Shown here piece after piece: positions 23,253 through 38,968 of a DNA stretch of 64,000 bases. The notes under the pieces are model-generated. The model ran no database searches and was not told the DNA's origin. It saw only the letters and a list, made by a program, of their open reading frames with translations. Location: positions 251,596,001 to 251,660,000 of the forward strand of contig OZ024742.1 in the NCBI GenBank assembly GCA_964016885.1. Reading direction: 5' to 3'. The DNA is from Eledone cirrhosa (Eukaryota). The position numbers and the translations under genes were made by a program. Within the stretch, counting starts at the first letter, position 1. The number at the start of each line of letters is the position of its first letter.

Positions 23253-25772
23253 TTTTCTCTTTCTCTTAATTTCGAGTATATTTTTTTGACCGGCCACCTT
23301 CCTGGTGGCAAGGTTGTAAAAGAAAAGAAATTGTCATCCCTTGAATCGCGAGAATGTTTTGCATATTTTGAAGGTGCCAGCTATCGCAGCCATTTGTAGA
23401 CTATGAATTAGGGAGCTGCGCTTTTTGTCCGCAAATCCAAGTTCGGTCATACTTTGGTCCAAGCGGGTTGGTATATAACCCGTAGCACCAATAATGATGG
23501 GTATGAAGCTAAAGGTGTATCTTGGATACTGGATTTGTAAGCTCCTCATCAATGGTCCGTAGATGTCCTCCTTCTCCTGTATTTTTCTGACAACGTTTAC
23601 ATCAAGTGGGCAGCTGATCTCCACAACAGAACACGTTTTCAATGTGTGGTCCCAAACTACAATATCAGGCCGGTTGTGCTTTAATTTGGTGGCAGTTTTT
23701 ATTTTCAGGTTCCACCAGTATTCCTTAGTGCCATCTGTCTCAATATATTCTTCCTCGTTTGTTGTTAATTTTGTTTTCCGAAGTGCGTTCCAGATAGTTC
23801 TAGCTATCCCATCGTGTCTCATGGGGAGGTAGTAGCGAGATGACATTCTTTCGCAGCTGGCAACAATGTGGCTTACATCCTCGATCTTTGTTTTACATAG
23901 CCTACATTTATTGTCAGCTGCTGGCCCTCCTCTTTTGTGCAGCAGATATTTGGTAGGGAGTTCTTGTTCCTGTATTGCATAGAGATATCCCTCAAGGTGT
24001 GATGTCATAAACTTGTCGGAACTCCATGCCAGGCTTTTTGAGTGGTTTATCCCCTCTATGGTCTGTGTTTTACGCCTCAAGTATCCATGCACAACTTTCT
24101 CTGTAAATTGGTCAATTTTTTTTTCTTGTTTGAACATTGAATAGGATCTTCCGATTTCTCTGGGTGAGAGATTTATATCAGGCTTTATTCCATATCTCTC
24201 CTCCAGATCAGTCGCTATTCTAATGATATTTCTTTTTTCATGCTCATAAACCTGAGCAAGATGGTCGCCAACCTTTTTCCTCTGTTGAAGGTGTTGCTTC
24301 AGTGTTACTATCCGGGTCTCATATGTTGTTAATATTGATTTTAGACCTCGGCCACCTTCCTTGCGTGAGAAGTATAGCCTATCCACATCACCATTGATGT
24401 TAAAGTTCCCAGTAACACTGAGAAGTTTACGAGTTCTAACATCCATCTCACTTAGTTCTTGCAATGACCAGTTCAGTAGGCCAAATGTTGGCGTTATAAT
24501 TGGCACAGCATAGGTATTGTGGGCAATGTATTTGTTGTATGCTGACAGTTCTGATGACCATATTTTTTTTACTCTTCTGAGGTATTCAGTTCTGGTTCTC
24601 TCCTTATTTATGGGTCCATCATATCTGACATTCTCATCCTGTCCAAGATATCTGTAGTTGTCACCTGACTGCAGAGGTTGTATTGTCAGGCCGTTCATAT
24701 CTAGATTTCTAGAGGAGGGCACAGCTCTTCCACGTTTTACTGCCAAATATGCACACTTGGACTCACCAAATTTCATTTTGATGTCGGTTGAAAATTGTGT
24801 AATGAGGTCCAATTGTTTCTTGATGTCATTGATATTTGGCCCATACAACTTCAAGTCATCAACAAAGAAAAGATGGGAGATACTTCTGGGCCCACTTCTT
24901 TGTCCACCTTGTTTCCTGAGTAGGTAAGATAGTGGATTCAGTGAGAGAACGAAGAGTAGTACTGACAAGCTATCACCCTGAAAGATGCCCTTCTGGTAAT
25001 GTATCCTATCAGTCTTAACCTGCTCCTTCTCACCTCTAAGGATCAAATTGGTGTACCAGTTCTTGGTCAGGCGTTCAACAGCAGCTACTAATGGTTGTGG
25101 GACTTTAGCTAACTGTAAAGCCTTAATAATCCACCCATGAGGTACACTATCAAATGCTTTTTGATAGTCCAGCCACACGACAGTCATGTTTCCGCGATTC
25201 TTTGTTGTTTTTTCCTGAATCATTTTGTTAGTTAGTAGGTGATCTATGCAACCCCACACCTCCCTCTTTCCACCAGCTTGCTCAGGTGTTATGATGTTGT
25301 TGGTAGCACAGTGATCCTGTAAGAACAGGTTAAGGCACCCAGTATATAATTTATACATGATGTTTTGGCAGGCAATTGGGCGGTAATTTTTAGCAAGGGT
25401 GGTTTGGCTATTTTTTGGAATGAGGAGAGTAGTGGCAGTTGATAACCATCTGGGCAGTTCTTGTGTGCCCTTAATGGTTTCTGTAAACAGCCGTATGAGA
25501 TCTTGCCGATAGAAAGTGAAATTCTTCAACCAGTATCCTGTAATGAGGTCTGGGCCTGGCGATTTCCTATTCGACATTTTCTGTAGAGCTGTTTCCAGTA
25601 TTGACCCATCTATGTCATATTGTTTTGTCTGGACATGTTGGCAGTAGTCCTGTTCCAGTTGTTTTAGCCAATTAGCTTGTCTGTTGAATCCGTCATCCGT
25701 TTCCCATACAGATCTCCAGTAGTTCTCAACCTGTTCTTTTGAAGGGGTGTCGTTTACAGGGATTGAGCTTTT
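23253..25772 (-). mobile_element. 5'-truncated R4/Dong-clade non-LTR retrotransposon (restriction-like endonuclease type)
   Basis: Uninterrupted ORF from the 5' junction to the stop at 23334; short 3' UTR ending gagaaagagaaaac directly into (ATAC)n. Confidence 0.9.
23334..25577 (-). CDS. R4/Dong-type RT plus CCHC plus restriction-like endonuclease polyprotein (N-terminally truncated; frame open about 65 codons further upstream)
   Basis: KSPGPD, NYRPIAC, WLDYQKAFDSVPH, GIFQGDSLS, LFFVDDLK, YRYLG; CRLC-x8-H-x4-C; RHD; RPDIVVWD..VVEISCP..EKEDIY. Confidence 0.9.
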   Translation of the reverse strand: MSNRKSPGPDLITGYWLKNFTFYRQDLIRLFTETIKGTQELPRWLSTATTLLIPKNSQTTLAKNYRPIACQNIMYKLYTGCLNLFLQDHCATNNIITPEQAGGKREVWGCIDHLLTNKMIQEKTTKNRGNMTVVWLDYQKAFDSVPHGWIIKALQLAKVPQPLVAAVERLTKNWYTNLILRGEKEQVKTDRIHYQKGIFQGDSLSVLLFVLSLNPLSYLLRKQGGQRSGPRSISHLFFVDDLKLYGPNINDIKKQLDLITQFSTDIKMKFGESKCAYLAVKRGRAVPSSRNLDMNGLTIQPLQSGDNYRYLGQDENVRYDGPINKERTRTEYLRRVKKIWSSELSAYNKYIAHNTYAVPIITPTFGLLNWSLQELSEMDVRTRKLLSVTGNFNINGDVDRLYFSRKEGGRGLKSILTTYETRIVTLKQHLQQRKKVGDHLAQVYEHEKRNIIRIATDLEERYGIKPDINLSPREIGRSYSMFKQEKKIDQFTEKVVHGYLRRKTQTIEGINHSKSLAWSSDKFMTSHLEGYLYAIQEQELPTKYLLHKRGGPAADNKCRLCKTKIEDVSHIVASCERMSSRYYLPMRHDGIARTIWNALRKTKLTTNEEEYIETDGTKEYWWNLKIKTATKLKHNRPDIVVWDHTLKTCSVVEISCPLDVNVVRKIQEKEDIYGPLMRSLQIQYPRYTFSFIPIIIGATGYIPTRLDQSMTELGFADKKRSSLIHSLQMAAIAGTFKICKTFSRFKG

Positions 25773-29811
<4,039 letters not shown>

Positions 29812-30208
29812 TCATCATCATCATCATCATCAACGTTTAACGTCCGTGTTCCACGCTTGCATGGGTTTGGACGGGGGTAGTCCCACTTGAGGCAAGAGTG
29901 ATTGTCTTGCTCGCATAGGACTGTCTGGCAGGTTTTCTACAGTTGGATGCCCTTCCTAACACCAACCACATTTACAGTGTGGGTCTGGGAGGTTTTTACC
30001 GTGTTGCCTACACGGCCACATTACAGCGTGGACTGTGTGTTTTTTGTCGTGACACCTACACGATCTCATTTGTTTCGGCCTCGATGGCGCGGCACCAACA
30101 TAACTTTACATAGAACGGGGTGGTGTGGATGGGGTGGGGGTGGAGGTTGTGGAACGGGGTGTATTTTGTTAGAGATGCCTACTGGCTGGAGTAGGTTTTA
30201 CTATATAT

Positions 30209-33184
30209 TTAGGTAAGGCGGGTCTTCTCTGTTACTGAGTACCGCCAAAGGTCTCGGTCCAGTGACATTGTCTTGGAGAGGTGTAAGTGTGTGATGTCGG
30301 AGTTTATCAGCTCGTCCCAGGTTTTTCTAGGTCTGCCTATTCCGTGACTACCGTCTATCTTTATTGCCCTGCACTTTGTTATACAGCTATCGACTTTCAT
30401 GCGCATCACGTGTCCATACCAACGTAGCCTTCTCTCAAGTAAACAACATCTGATCCCTCTTATCTCTAATTTTTTCCTTAGTTCGTTTATGCTTTGCCGT
30501 TCACGTATATTACTGTTACACATCCAGCGGAGCATGCAAGCTTCGTTCCTCTCTAGTCTGCGTATATCCTCTGCACACAATGCCCAGGCCTCACTGCCAT
30601 GCAGCATTGCTGTTCGTATGCAGGCATCGTACAACCTGCCTTTCATTTTTAGTGAGAACCCTTTAGCAGCTAATAGTGGTATAAGCTCTCTGAACTTTTT
30701 CCAACCAGTTCTGACTCTAGCTACAGTACTTTCAGAGCACCCTCCCCCACTGCTGATTTTATCGCCCAGGTAACGGAAGCTGTCCACTATTTCTATAGAA
30801 CCCTCTGCGCAATTGAAAGAGCTAATAGTTTGTGGGCACTTGCTGCTACTTATTGCACCAGAGCACCGGCCACATGTAAAATCTATGTTCTTAGTTAGCT
30901 TACCTGTGATCCCACTACATCTTTTATGCACCCATACTTTGCATTTAGGACATAAAGTGGAGTTTCTACCTACGCCTTTCCTACACACCGAGCACGACCA
31001 TTTCCCAGAAGGGACCGCCGCCTTGTTTTCTTTCCTACAAACTAGTACTTTGGTCTTAGCCAGGTTAATTTTAAGTCCTTTTGACTCTAGGCCGTGCTTC
31101 CATGTTTGGAATTTCTTCTCTAGCTCGGCCCTTGATTCCGCTATGAGTGTCAGGTCGTCTGCGTATAGGAGTTCCCATGGGCAGCCTGTCTTGAACTCCT
31201 CTGTTATAGCCTGAAGGGCAATAATAAATAGTAGTGGACTGAGAACAGAGCCCTGATGGACGCCAACTTTTACGCTAAACTCTTCACTATATTCGTTGTT
31301 AATTCTAACCTTGCTGACTGTTTCTTTATACATGGCTTGTATAGCCCTCACAAGCCATTCGTCAACGCCTAGTTTTCTAAGAGCCCACCAGATAATGGAG
31401 CGGGGGACTCTGTCGAAGGCTTTCTCCAAGTCGACAAAAGCTAAGTAGAGGGGTTTACCTTTAGCTAGGTACTTCTCCTGTAGTTGTCGTACTATGAAAA
31501 GAGCGTCTGTGGTACTTTTGCCTGACACAAACCCGAACTGCATTTCATCTAGGTCAATTCTCTCTCTGATTAGTTGCGCTATTACTTTTTCCGTGACCTT
31601 CATGACCTGGTCGATTAATTTAATGCCTCTATAGTTACTCCTATCTAGGGCGTCTCCTTTACCCTTATAACAGTTAACGATGATGCTGCTATGCCAGTCC
31701 TTCGGAACAACCCCATTCTGTACGACTTGGTTAACTATGCGGGTGACCATGGTGTGTCCCACCGTGCCAGATGCCTTCAGCATCTCAGCAACTATTTCCG
31801 AAGGCCCAGCCGCCTTACCAGTCTTCATATCCTTGATTGCCTTACTTATTATACTCCCCTCGACTAACACTGCTGGTCCCTCTATTGGGTCGATATGGGG
31901 GAGACTGCCTTTCTCCCAATTATTCTCCTCATTTAGTAGCCTTTCATAGTGACACTTCCAAGCTACCTTCTTATCAGCGTCGGTGATGGCAAGTGTGCCA
32001 TCGTCGTTTAGTACACACTTCTCCCCGACAATATCACGGTTTTCCTTGACGCATTGCCTAGCAATCCTGAACACCTCACGTTTTTGGTCATCGCGTTGTA
32101 GAACATGCTTGAACTTTCTTTCCTCAGCTTCCCTTCTTGCTAAGTACACTTGTCTCCTAGCTTCCCTCCTGGCCACTTGATAGTCCTCTCTACTTCCCCC
32201 ATCCCGCCATACTTTCCAAGCCTGCTTTTTGGCCTTAATTGACCCCTCCACCTTACTGTTCCACCACCATGTTACTCTCCTCCTGCCTACAGGCCTGCTC
32301 CAGCCACAGACTTCGTCTGTCGCCAGCAGCAGGTTTGCTTTCAGAAATTCCCACTCTCCCTCTATATTGTCCGACTCTAAATGTTCTTCCTTACTGTCGA
32401 AAGCATCAAGTAATATGCTTTGAAATTTATTCCTGGCTGTGGGGTCCTTTAGCTTCCATATTTTCCTCCTGAGGATAGTCCTCTTCTGTTGTCGAGTACG
32501 TCTCGTCCTGACTATGAGGTCGCTAATTATCAGTCTATGTTGGGAGGTGCATTCTTCATGGGGGAGGGATTTAGTGTTTACAACAGACACTCTGTCATGT
32601 CTTCTGGTAAGGATATAATCTACCTGGCTTGTGTGTTCCCCGGATCTATAGGTGATCAGGTGATTGTCACGTTTTTTGAAGTTAGTGTTACAGATAGTTA
32701 GGTTATTTGCATCACAGAATTCCAGGATTCTGGAGCCTTCCTCATTTCTAGTACCAAACCCATAGCCTCCATGGATTTCGTCGTAGCCGTCACAATGTTG
32801 TCCAACGTGACCATTTAGGTCGCCTGCGATAATTATATAGTCACTGTCGGATATTTGGGAGGTAGTTAGCATCAGTGTCTCATAGAATCTGTCTTTTATA
32901 GTGCCGGGCAGTCCGGATTGGGGTGCGTACGCAGATATTACTGTCACCGTAGTTCTATTGAGGACAAGTCGTATTTTAATTATTCTGTCGTTCACTCTAT
33001 TTACGTCTATTATCTTATCTGCCCACTTTTCTGCTACCATGATTCCTACTCCACCCAGCCCATCGTCGTTTCCCACCCAGAAAAGCTTATAACATCGTTT
33101 TTTACCCTCAATGAACCTAGCAGGCCCACCCCTCCACCTGGTCTCTTGAATACAACAAACATCGACCTCCTTACGTTCAAGCAT
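30209..33184 (-). CDS. RTE ORF: APE endonuclease plus reverse transcriptase with inserted PHD finger
   Basis: CIQETRW, SAYAPQ, GDLNGH, QVDYIL, SQHRL (APE); FVDLEKAFD, HQGSVLSPLLF, LLYADDL, FRYLG (RT); C4HC3 motif at 30863-30994; frame open upstream through [11 protein letters not shown]. Confidence 0.92.
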   Translation of the reverse strand: MLERKEVDVCCIQETRWRGGPARFIEGKKRCYKLFWVGNDDGLGGVGIMVAEKWADKIIDVNRVNDRIIKIRLVLNRTTVTVISAYAPQSGLPGTIKDRFYETLMLTTSQISDSDYIIIAGDLNGHVGQHCDGYDEIHGGYGFGTRNEEGSRILEFCDANNLTICNTNFKKRDNHLITYRSGEHTSQVDYILTRRHDRVSVVNTKSLPHEECTSQHRLIISDLIVRTRRTRQQKRTILRRKIWKLKDPTARNKFQSILLDAFDSKEEHLESDNIEGEWEFLKANLLLATDEVCGWSRPVGRRRVTWWWNSKVEGSIKAKKQAWKVWRDGGSREDYQVARREARRQVYLARREAEERKFKHVLQRDDQKREVFRIARQCVKENRDIVGEKCVLNDDGTLAITDADKKVAWKCHYERLLNEENNWEKGSLPHIDPIEGPAVLVEGSIISKAIKDMKTGKAAGPSEIVAEMLKASGTVGHTMVTRIVNQVVQNGVVPKDWHSSIIVNCYKGKGDALDRSNYRGIKLIDQVMKVTEKVIAQLIRERIDLDEMQFGFVSGKSTTDALFIVRQLQEKYLAKGKPLYLAFVDLEKAFDRVPRSIIWWALRKLGVDEWLVRAIQAMYKETVSKVRINNEYSEEFSVKVGVHQGSVLSPLLFIIALQAITEEFKTGCPWELLYADDLTLIAESRAELEKKFQTWKHGLESKGLKINLAKTKVLVCRKENKAAVPSGKWSCSVCRKGVGRNSTLCPKCKVWVHKRCSGITGKLTKNIDFTCGRCSGAISSSKCPQTISSFNCAEGSIEIVDSFRYLGDKISSGGGCSESTVARVRTGWKKFRELIPLLAAKGFSLKMKGRLYDACIRTAMLHGSEAWALCAEDIRRLERNEACMLRWMCNSNIRERQSINELRKKLEIRGIRCCLLERRLRWYGHVMRMKVDSCITKCRAIKIDGSHGIGRPRKTWDELINSDITHLHLSKTMSLDRDLWRYSVTEKTRLT

Positions 33185-33225
33185 TTCTACAACCTCGTTA
33201 GCGCGACCCTTTAGGGTGCCTACAT

Positions 33226-33372
33226 TTATGGTACCAACTCTGAAGTTTTGGATTGCGTTTGGGGGTTGTGGGGGGCGGGGGGCGATGGGGTTATGTTAGC
33301 CGTCCGCGGTCGAAACAATGAGGAGTGCTCGCATTCTCGTCCAAGAGGTGAATTTGTCTTTATCTTTGGCAT
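33226..33372 (-). CDS. Short upstream ORF (48 aa) overlapping the RTE main reading frame
   Basis: [48 protein letters not shown]; same frame relationship in the copy at 34450-34560. Confidence 0.5.
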   Translation of the reverse strand: MPKIKTNSPLGRECEHSSLFRPRTANITPSPPAPHNPQTQSKTSELVP

Positions 33373-33533
33373 TGTCGCTGAGTGTCCAGATTTTTCTCTC
33401 TCTCACCTCCACTCTCCAGGATTCCGCAGTCCATCCATCCATCATATATCGAAAGGCAACCAGGCAAGCGATAGTATAGGCCTCTGGTTTCTGATTGGTC
33501 CGCGTAATAATACTGGTGATGCGTGGGGGCTCT

Positions 33534-33860
33534 GATATATATATATGTATATATGTGTATATATATATATGTGTATATATATATATGTGTATATGTGTAT
33601 ATATATATATATGTGTATATGTGTATATATATATATGTGTATATGTGTATATATATATATGTGTATATGTGTATATATGTGTATATGTGTATATATATAT
33701 GTGTATATATGTGTATATATATATGTGTATATATATGTATCTATGTGTATGTATATATGTGTATCTATGTGTATGTATATATGTATATATATATATGTGT
33801 ATATATGTATATATGTGTATATATATATATATGTATATATGTGTGTATATATGTGTATAT
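33534..33860. repeat. TA/TG microsatellite
   Basis: Direct sequence. Confidence 0.95.
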
Positions 33861-34563
33861 CAGCATCATCATCATCATCAGGTTTAGCGTCCGTGTTCCA
33901 CGCTTGCATGGGTTTGGACGGGGGGGTTTTCCCACTTGAGGCAAGAGTGGTTGTCTTGCTCGCATAGGACTGTCTTGGCGGGTTTTCTACAGTTGGATGC
34001 CCTTCCTAACACCAACCACATTTACAGTGTGGGGCTGGGAGGTTTTTACCGTGTTGCCTACACGGCCACATTTACAGCGTGGACTGTGTGTTTTTTGTCG
34101 TGACACCTACACGATCTCATTTGTTTCGGCCTGGATGTTGTGGGACCAACATAACTTTACATTGAAAGGGGCGGTGTTCTATTGAGGACAAGTCGTATTT
34201 TAATTATTCTGTCGTTCACTCTATTTACGTCTATTATCTTATCTGCCCACTTTTCTGCTACCATGATTCCTACCCCACCCAACCCATTGTCATTTCCCAC
34301 CCAGAAAAGCTTATAGCATCGTTCTTTACCCACGATGAATCTAGCCGACCCTCCCCTCCACCTGGTCTCTTGAATACAACAAACATCGACCTCCTTACGT
34401 TCAAGCATTTCTACAACCTCGTTAGAGCGACCCTTTAAGGTGCCTACATTCATGGTACCAACTCTGAAGTTTTGGATTGCGTTTGGAGGGTGGGAGCGGT
34501 GGGGCGCGGGGGGGGGGGGGGCAATGGGGTTATGTTAGCCATCCTGGGCCGAAACAAGGATGG
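33861..34563 (-). mobile_element. Internally deleted (bipartite) non-autonomous RTE copy
   Basis: 34563-34177 is leader plus APE N-terminus ([17 protein letters not shown]...IRLVLNR), fused directly to the 3' UTR 34176-33861 with (TGA)n tail. Confidence 0.88.
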
Positions 34564-35229
34564 CTATATATATGTGTATATATATGTATATATATGTATA
34601 TATGTGTATATATATGTGTGTATATATATGTGTGTATATATATGTGTGTATATATATATATGTGTATATATATATGTATATATATATATGTGTATATATG
34701 TGTATATGTGTATATATATATGTATATATGTGTATATGTATATATGTATATATGTGTATGTATATATGTGTATATATATATGTATATATGTGTATATATA
34801 TATGTATATATGTATATATGTGTATATATATATGTATATATGTGTATATATATATGTATATATGTGTATATATATATGTATATATGTGTATATATATATG
34901 TATATATGTGTATGTATATATGTATATATGTGTATGTATATATGTATATATGTGTATGTATATATGTGTATATATATATGTATATATGTGTATATATATA
35001 TGTATATATGTGTATATATATATGTATATATGTGTATATATATATGTATATATGTGTATATATATATGTATATATGTGTATATATATATGTATATATGTG
35101 TATATATATATATGTATATATGTGTATATATATATGTATATATGTGTAAATATATATGTATATATGTGTATATATATGTGTATATATATATGTATATATG
35201 TGTATATATATATGTATATATGTGTATAT

Positions 35230-35265
<36 letters not shown>

Positions 35266-36930
35266 GTATATATATATGTATATATGTGTATATATATATG
35301 TATATATGTGTATATATATATGTATATATGTGTATATATATATGTATATATGTGTATATATATATGTATATATGTGTATATATATATGTATATATGTGTA
35401 TATATATATGTATATATGTGTATATATATATGTATATATGTGTATATATATATGTATATATGTGTATATATATATGTATATATGTGTATATATATATGTA
35501 TATATGTGTATATATATATGTATATATGTGTATATATATATGTATATATGTGTATATATATATGTATATATGTGTATATATATATGTATATATGTGTATA
35601 TATATATGTGTATGTATATATGTATGTATATGTGTATATATATATGTGTATATATATATGTGTATATATATATGTGTATATATATATGTGTATATATATA
35701 TGTGTATATATATATGTGTATATATATATGTGTATATATATATGTGTATATATATATGTGTATATATATATGTATGTATATATGTATATATATATGTATG
35801 TATATATGTGTATATATATGTGTATATATATGTGTGTATATATATGTGTGTATATATATGTGTGTATATATATGTGTATATATATATGTGTATATATATA
35901 TGTATGTATATGTGTATATATATATGTATGTATATGTGTATATATATATGTATGTATATGTGTATATGTATATGTGTATATATATATGTATATATATATA
36001 TGTATGTATATGTGTATATGTATATGTGTATATATATATGTATGTATATGTGTATATATATATGTGTATATATATATGTGTATATATATATATGTGTATA
36101 TATATATGTGTATATATATATATGTGTATATATGTGTGTATATATATATGTGTATATATGTGTGTATATATATGTGTATATATGTGTGTATATATATATG
36201 TGTATATATGTGTGTATATATATATGTGTATATATGTGTGTATATATATGTGTATATATGTGTATATATGTGTGTATGTATATATGTGTGTATATATGTG
36301 TGTATATATATATGTATATGTGTGTGTATATATGTGTATATATATATATGTATATATGTGTATATATATATGTATATATATATGTATATATGTGTATATG
36401 TATATGTGTATATATGTATATATGTGTATATGTATATATGTATATATGTGTATATGTATATATGTGTATATATATATGTATATATGTGTATATGTATATA
36501 TGTGTATATATATATGTATATATGTGTATATGTATATATGTGTATATATATATGTATATATGTGTATATGTATATATGTGTATATATATATGTATATATG
36601 TGTATATATATATGTGTATATATATATGTGTATATATATATGTATATATGTGTATATATGTGTATATATATATGTATATATGTGTATATATATATGTATA
36701 TATGTGTATATATATGTATATATGTGTATATATATATGTATATATGTGTATATATATATGTATATATGTGTATATATATATGTATATATGTGTATATATA
36801 TATGTATATATGTGTGTATGTGTATATGTATATGTGTATATATGTGTATATGTGTGTATATATATATATGTATATGTGTGTGTGTATATATATATATGTA
36901 TATGTGTGTGTGTATATATCTATCTATCTA
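34564..36930. repeat. 2.4-kb TA/TG microsatellite-minisatellite (tatatgtgtatatatatatgta)
   Basis: Direct sequence. Confidence 0.95.
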
Positions 36931-36931
36931 T

Positions 36932-37189
36932 CTAAGGCGGGTAAAATTCCCGAGATCCATGGACGAGTTCTCTCCAGCGGTCTCTGTCCCTCATTATCGC
37001 TGCCATATCCTGCATCTCCAACAGACCAGTGTCTGTCCTTAGGGCATCAACATATGTTAACCTTGGTTTTCCTCTTCTAGTGTGTCCATGTAGGGGCTCC
37101 CAAAGGAGCACTGAGTGCAATGTCAACTCTGGATGTCGGTGAGCATGTCCAGCCAACCTGTCTCCTCTGTCACTTTTGAGCTGACTTTT
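36932..37189 (-). mobile_element. LINE (RTE/RTEX-like) 3' terminal fragment
   Basis: [11 protein letters not shown]...[23 protein letters not shown]...DRDRWRELV. Confidence 0.75.
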
Positions 37190-37210
37190 GTATATGTGTG
37201 TATATGTATA

Positions 37211-37241
<31 letters not shown>

Positions 37242-37340
37242 GTATATGTGTGTATATATATATATATGTATATGTGTGTATATATATATATATGTATATG
37301 TGTGTGTATATATATATATATGTATGTGTGTGTATATATA

Positions 37341-37385
<45 letters not shown>

Positions 37386-37504
37386 ATATATATATATATA
37401 TATGTATGTGTGTATATATATATATATGTGTATATGTGTGTATATATATATATATGTGTATATGTGTGTATATATATATGTATATGTGTGTATATATATA
37501 TATA

Positions 37505-37565
<61 letters not shown>

Positions 37566-38057
37566 GTATATGTGTGTATATATATATATATGTATATGTG
37601 TGTATATATATATATATATGTATATGTGTGTATATATATATATATGTATATGTGTGTATATATATATATATATGTATATGTGTGTATATATATATATATG
37701 TATATGTGTGTATATATATATATATATGTATATGTGTGTATATATATATATATATGTATATGTGTGTGTATATATATATATATGTATATGTGTGTATATA
37801 TATATATATATGTATATGTGTGTATATATATATATATATGTATATGTGTGTATATATATATATATATGTATATGTGTGTATATATATATATATATGTATA
37901 TGTGTGTATATATATATATATGTATATGTGTGTATATATATGTATATGTGTGTATATATATATATATATGTATATGTGTGTATATATATATATATGTATA
38001 TGTGTGTATATATATGTATATGTGTGTATATATATATATATGTATATGTGTGTGTAT
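37190..38057. repeat. TA/TG microsatellite
   Basis: Direct sequence. Confidence 0.95.
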
Positions 38058-38968
38058 ACATGAACAGGATTTACATGTACAGCCAGGTTGTAAGTGGTAT
38101 CATGACTAGCGGGTGTAAAATCTGTGGGCGGAATTTGCTGACGACATGTTACTTAACTCTACAGAGGATGATATTCGACTTGCACTTGATAGATTTGATG
38201 CCGAGTGCTGCATGGCTGGAATGAAAATCAGTGCTGTTAAAACTGAGGCACTCGTCTACTCAAGGAAGCCTGTGCAGTGTACTCTACATGTGAAGCAGGA
38301 AGCCTGCGCAGTGTACTCTACATGTGAAGCAGGAAGCCTGTTCAGTGTACTCTACATGTGAAGCAGGTAGTGAAGTTGAAGTATCTCAGGGCGATGTTCA
38401 TGAGTGATGGAAGGCAGGAGGTTGAATTAAGTGCAAGGATTGCAAAAGTTGATGCAGTTCTGCACCAGCTTCAGCAGTAATGAGAAGGGAGGTAAGCATA
38501 GAAGCTAAACTTGCTATCTTCTATTGTTTCTGTACAAACCTTTACCTATGGTCATGAATCTTGAGTAGTGACTGGAAGAATCTGATTGTGAATACAAGCA
38601 GCGACAATGGGGTTCCTCCGAAGGGTATTTGGAGTAACATTACTGGATAAAGTGAATAGCTTGGAGATCAGAGTCACTCCAGATAGAGCTGCTAATTTTT
38701 CCAAATTGAGACATCACATTCTCGATACTATGGGCATGTTGTTAGGATATCTCAGGAAAGAATCACAGGACAGATTTTATGGGCAAATCCAACCAGTGGG
38801 TAGACCCTGAGCAAGATGGTTGGATAACATCCATGAGCTTGGCTGGTCACGCTTGGAGATCCTGCCAGATTAATTGGTGACGGTTGCTTCTGAGAGGACC
38901 CGCAGAAAGGACGGTTTGAGGACTCTGACCCCACGAACCTTTCAGGAATAAGTGGGCGAAGAAGATGT
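38058..38968 (+). mobile_element. RTE-type (Expander-like) LINE 3' fragment with an internal 34-bp triplication
   Basis: Homologous to 3322-4178; aggaagcctgtgcagtgtactctacatgtgaagc repeated three times at about 38263-38365. Confidence 0.8.

Larger units (their letters stand above)
29812..33533 (-). mobile_element. Near full-length RTE-clade LINE
   Basis: 5' leader, 48-codon upstream ORF, 991-aa APE+RT ORF, about 390-bp 3' UTR ending in a (TGA)n tail; flanked by TA/TG microsatellite. Confidence 0.92.

Noticed and set aside
33442-38224. Long Y/I/C/V/M ORFs
   Set aside because: Microsatellite translations.
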